A DNA stretch of 64,000 nt from Octopus vulgaris (lineage: Eukaryota): positions 682,001 to 746,000 of the forward strand of contig OX597820.1 in the NCBI GenBank assembly GCA_951406725.2. Direction: 5' to 3'. A program made the position numbers and the translations under genes. Of the stretch, positions 62,396 through 64,000 are shown piece after piece. The notes below the pieces were generated by a model that had not been told where the DNA came from, made no database searches, and was given only the letters and a program-made list of their open reading frames with translations. Each line of letters opens with the position of its first letter. Position 1 is the stretch's first letter.

Positions 62396-63188
62396 GTATT
62401 TAATCCTTTGACTTTGTCTTGGACACTCATCCAGGTTTCATCTTTACTAACTTTCTGAAATTCTCTTCAGTGCCACTCCTCAACTGTGATAGCTCTGTAG
62501 CAGGGCTGTAGAATTGGAGTTGGAAACAATTAAGGGGTAGCTGGAGTCGGAGTTGGTAAAACTATATTGGCTCTGACTCTGACTCACAATGTCTTTATTC
62601 TCTTTAATCTAAACCAGTTATAACATACAAGGCCTACTCAGAGTACAAGCGTATGCATACGCTTTGTGAGATATGTAGACTACAACCACTTAATTACATA
62701 AAGAGGAGTCAGTCAGAGTCAGGTATATACCTGCAGGTAAAGCCATCTTATTTGCTGTCAGCTTTGCTTCAAATGTTATTCTGTTTACATAGACAATAAA
62801 AAAGAAAAAGAACATTTTAAGCTTTTGTTCTTCACTCCAACAACTTCACAACTTTTATGTGCAGAGTTGCCAAGAGCAGAAACTACACTGGCAACGTTGT
62901 TTTTCACGTGTCACTGGCACATGTGCTAGTAAGGGAACGCTGGCAACGATTACGCTCAAATGGTGCTTTTTATGTGCCACCGGCATGGGAGCTAGTCAAC
63001 GGCCCTGGCAACGATCACGCTTGGATGGTGCTTTTAACGTTCCACTGGCACGAGTGCCAATCTGGCAGTACTGTCATAGGATATTTTCAATTACTCCAAA
63101 ATCTTTTACAAGCTTAGGCCTCTGTGTCTTAATCTAGTCCTCTGTGTGTGTGTGTGTGTAGCTTATTGTGCATGCTTGCTATTTTCAG

Positions 63189-63870
63189 TGACCTGAAGAA
63201 GAAAAATGGACAAGATAAATCCGAGTCGTCTGCAATAGCGACAGAAGAAAAAACAGTATCAGAAAGTGCAGAGTCATCTGAGCCACAGCCTGATGATGTC
63301 ATTGATAAGAAAGAAAAAATCCTTTCAGAAGAAACATATGTTGAAGCTAAGTTGGTGCAGGAGACTGCCTCCCCTGATGTTACAGAAAACACTCAGTGCT
63401 TGCCAGGGAATTCAGAAAATGTCAACAACGAGGAAACTATGGAATCTGATAGCAAAATTTCTTCAACTGTTAGCTCATCACCAGTGGCTGAAAGTTTGGA
63501 GATGACAACAGATAAATATACAGAAGGTACTGCTTGTGTTGTTGATGGAAACGGTGCTCACATGACGAACAATGCCAACTGTAATAGTAGTACTAGTAGC
63601 AATAGCAGTAACACTGAATCCCTAGCATCCACCGTGAACATATCCGATTTAACAATAGAAATGTGCAAAAAGAAATTCAAAGCTCGAATGCAGAGGGAGG
63701 ACACTACATCCAACAAACAAGAACAGCAAGCCACATTGGAATTGAACCCTGATACTGATATTACCACAGCTAATAACAAAGAAGCATCACTAGGTTCTGA
63801 TTCTGAGCAGAGTAATATTGATATTGATGAGGTTGATCGTGAACTGGAATTGGCGCTAGAGAGGAAAGTG
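63189..63870 (+). CDS. FNBP4: Formin-binding protein 4, coding exon 7 (gene continues beyond the window)
   Basis: TTTCAG| in phase 2, acidic low-complexity region ending ELELALERKV |GTAAGT, comparable to the FNBP4 LERKKAEL motif. Confidence 0.85.
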
Positions 63871-64000
63871 GTAAGTTGTGGAGATTTTTTTAATGTTTTT
63901 TTCCCCTACCTTTGAAAATCACCTGTGTAAATTACACAGGTGTGCAAATTACATGGATTTTTATGGTATTTATGTGTGTGTGTATATATAGATGGGTTTC

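Noticed and set aside
63148-63915. Stand-alone 255-aa gene
   Set aside because: Begins in a (TG)n tract and is bounded by splice sites in phase with FNBP4, so it is an internal exon.

Overview
AT-rich, repeat-dense eukaryotic DNA, most likely from an octopus or other coleoid cephalopod. This is inferred from the [10 protein letters not shown]-type poly-C2H2 gene and the repeat families. Two host genes are supported. The first is a minus-strand 16-finger C2H2 gene with one coding exon (13922-15352) and a probable non-coding first exon near 24150-24300. The second is the 5' part of an FNBP4 (formin-binding protein 4) orthologue on the plus strand: seven coding exons from 50999 to 63870 with consistent splice phases and a WW domain, continuing past the window. 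Most of the rest is transposon-derived. It includes a near-complete Gypsy (Mag-like) LTR element, CR1-, Tx1/L1- and RTE-type LINE fragments, mariner, Tigger and Tc2-like relics, three Helitrons and tRNA-derived SINEs. The most unusual structures are: a Russian-doll nest of three GG..CC-terminated TIR elements with a >1 kb inverted repeat inside the zinc-finger gene's probable intron; a tRNA-headed element with a Penelope-type hammerhead-ribozyme tail next to the FNBP4 WW exon; and a 708-bp TGT..ACA element with internal hairpins and inverted gag pieces. All calls were made by eye, with no database searches.
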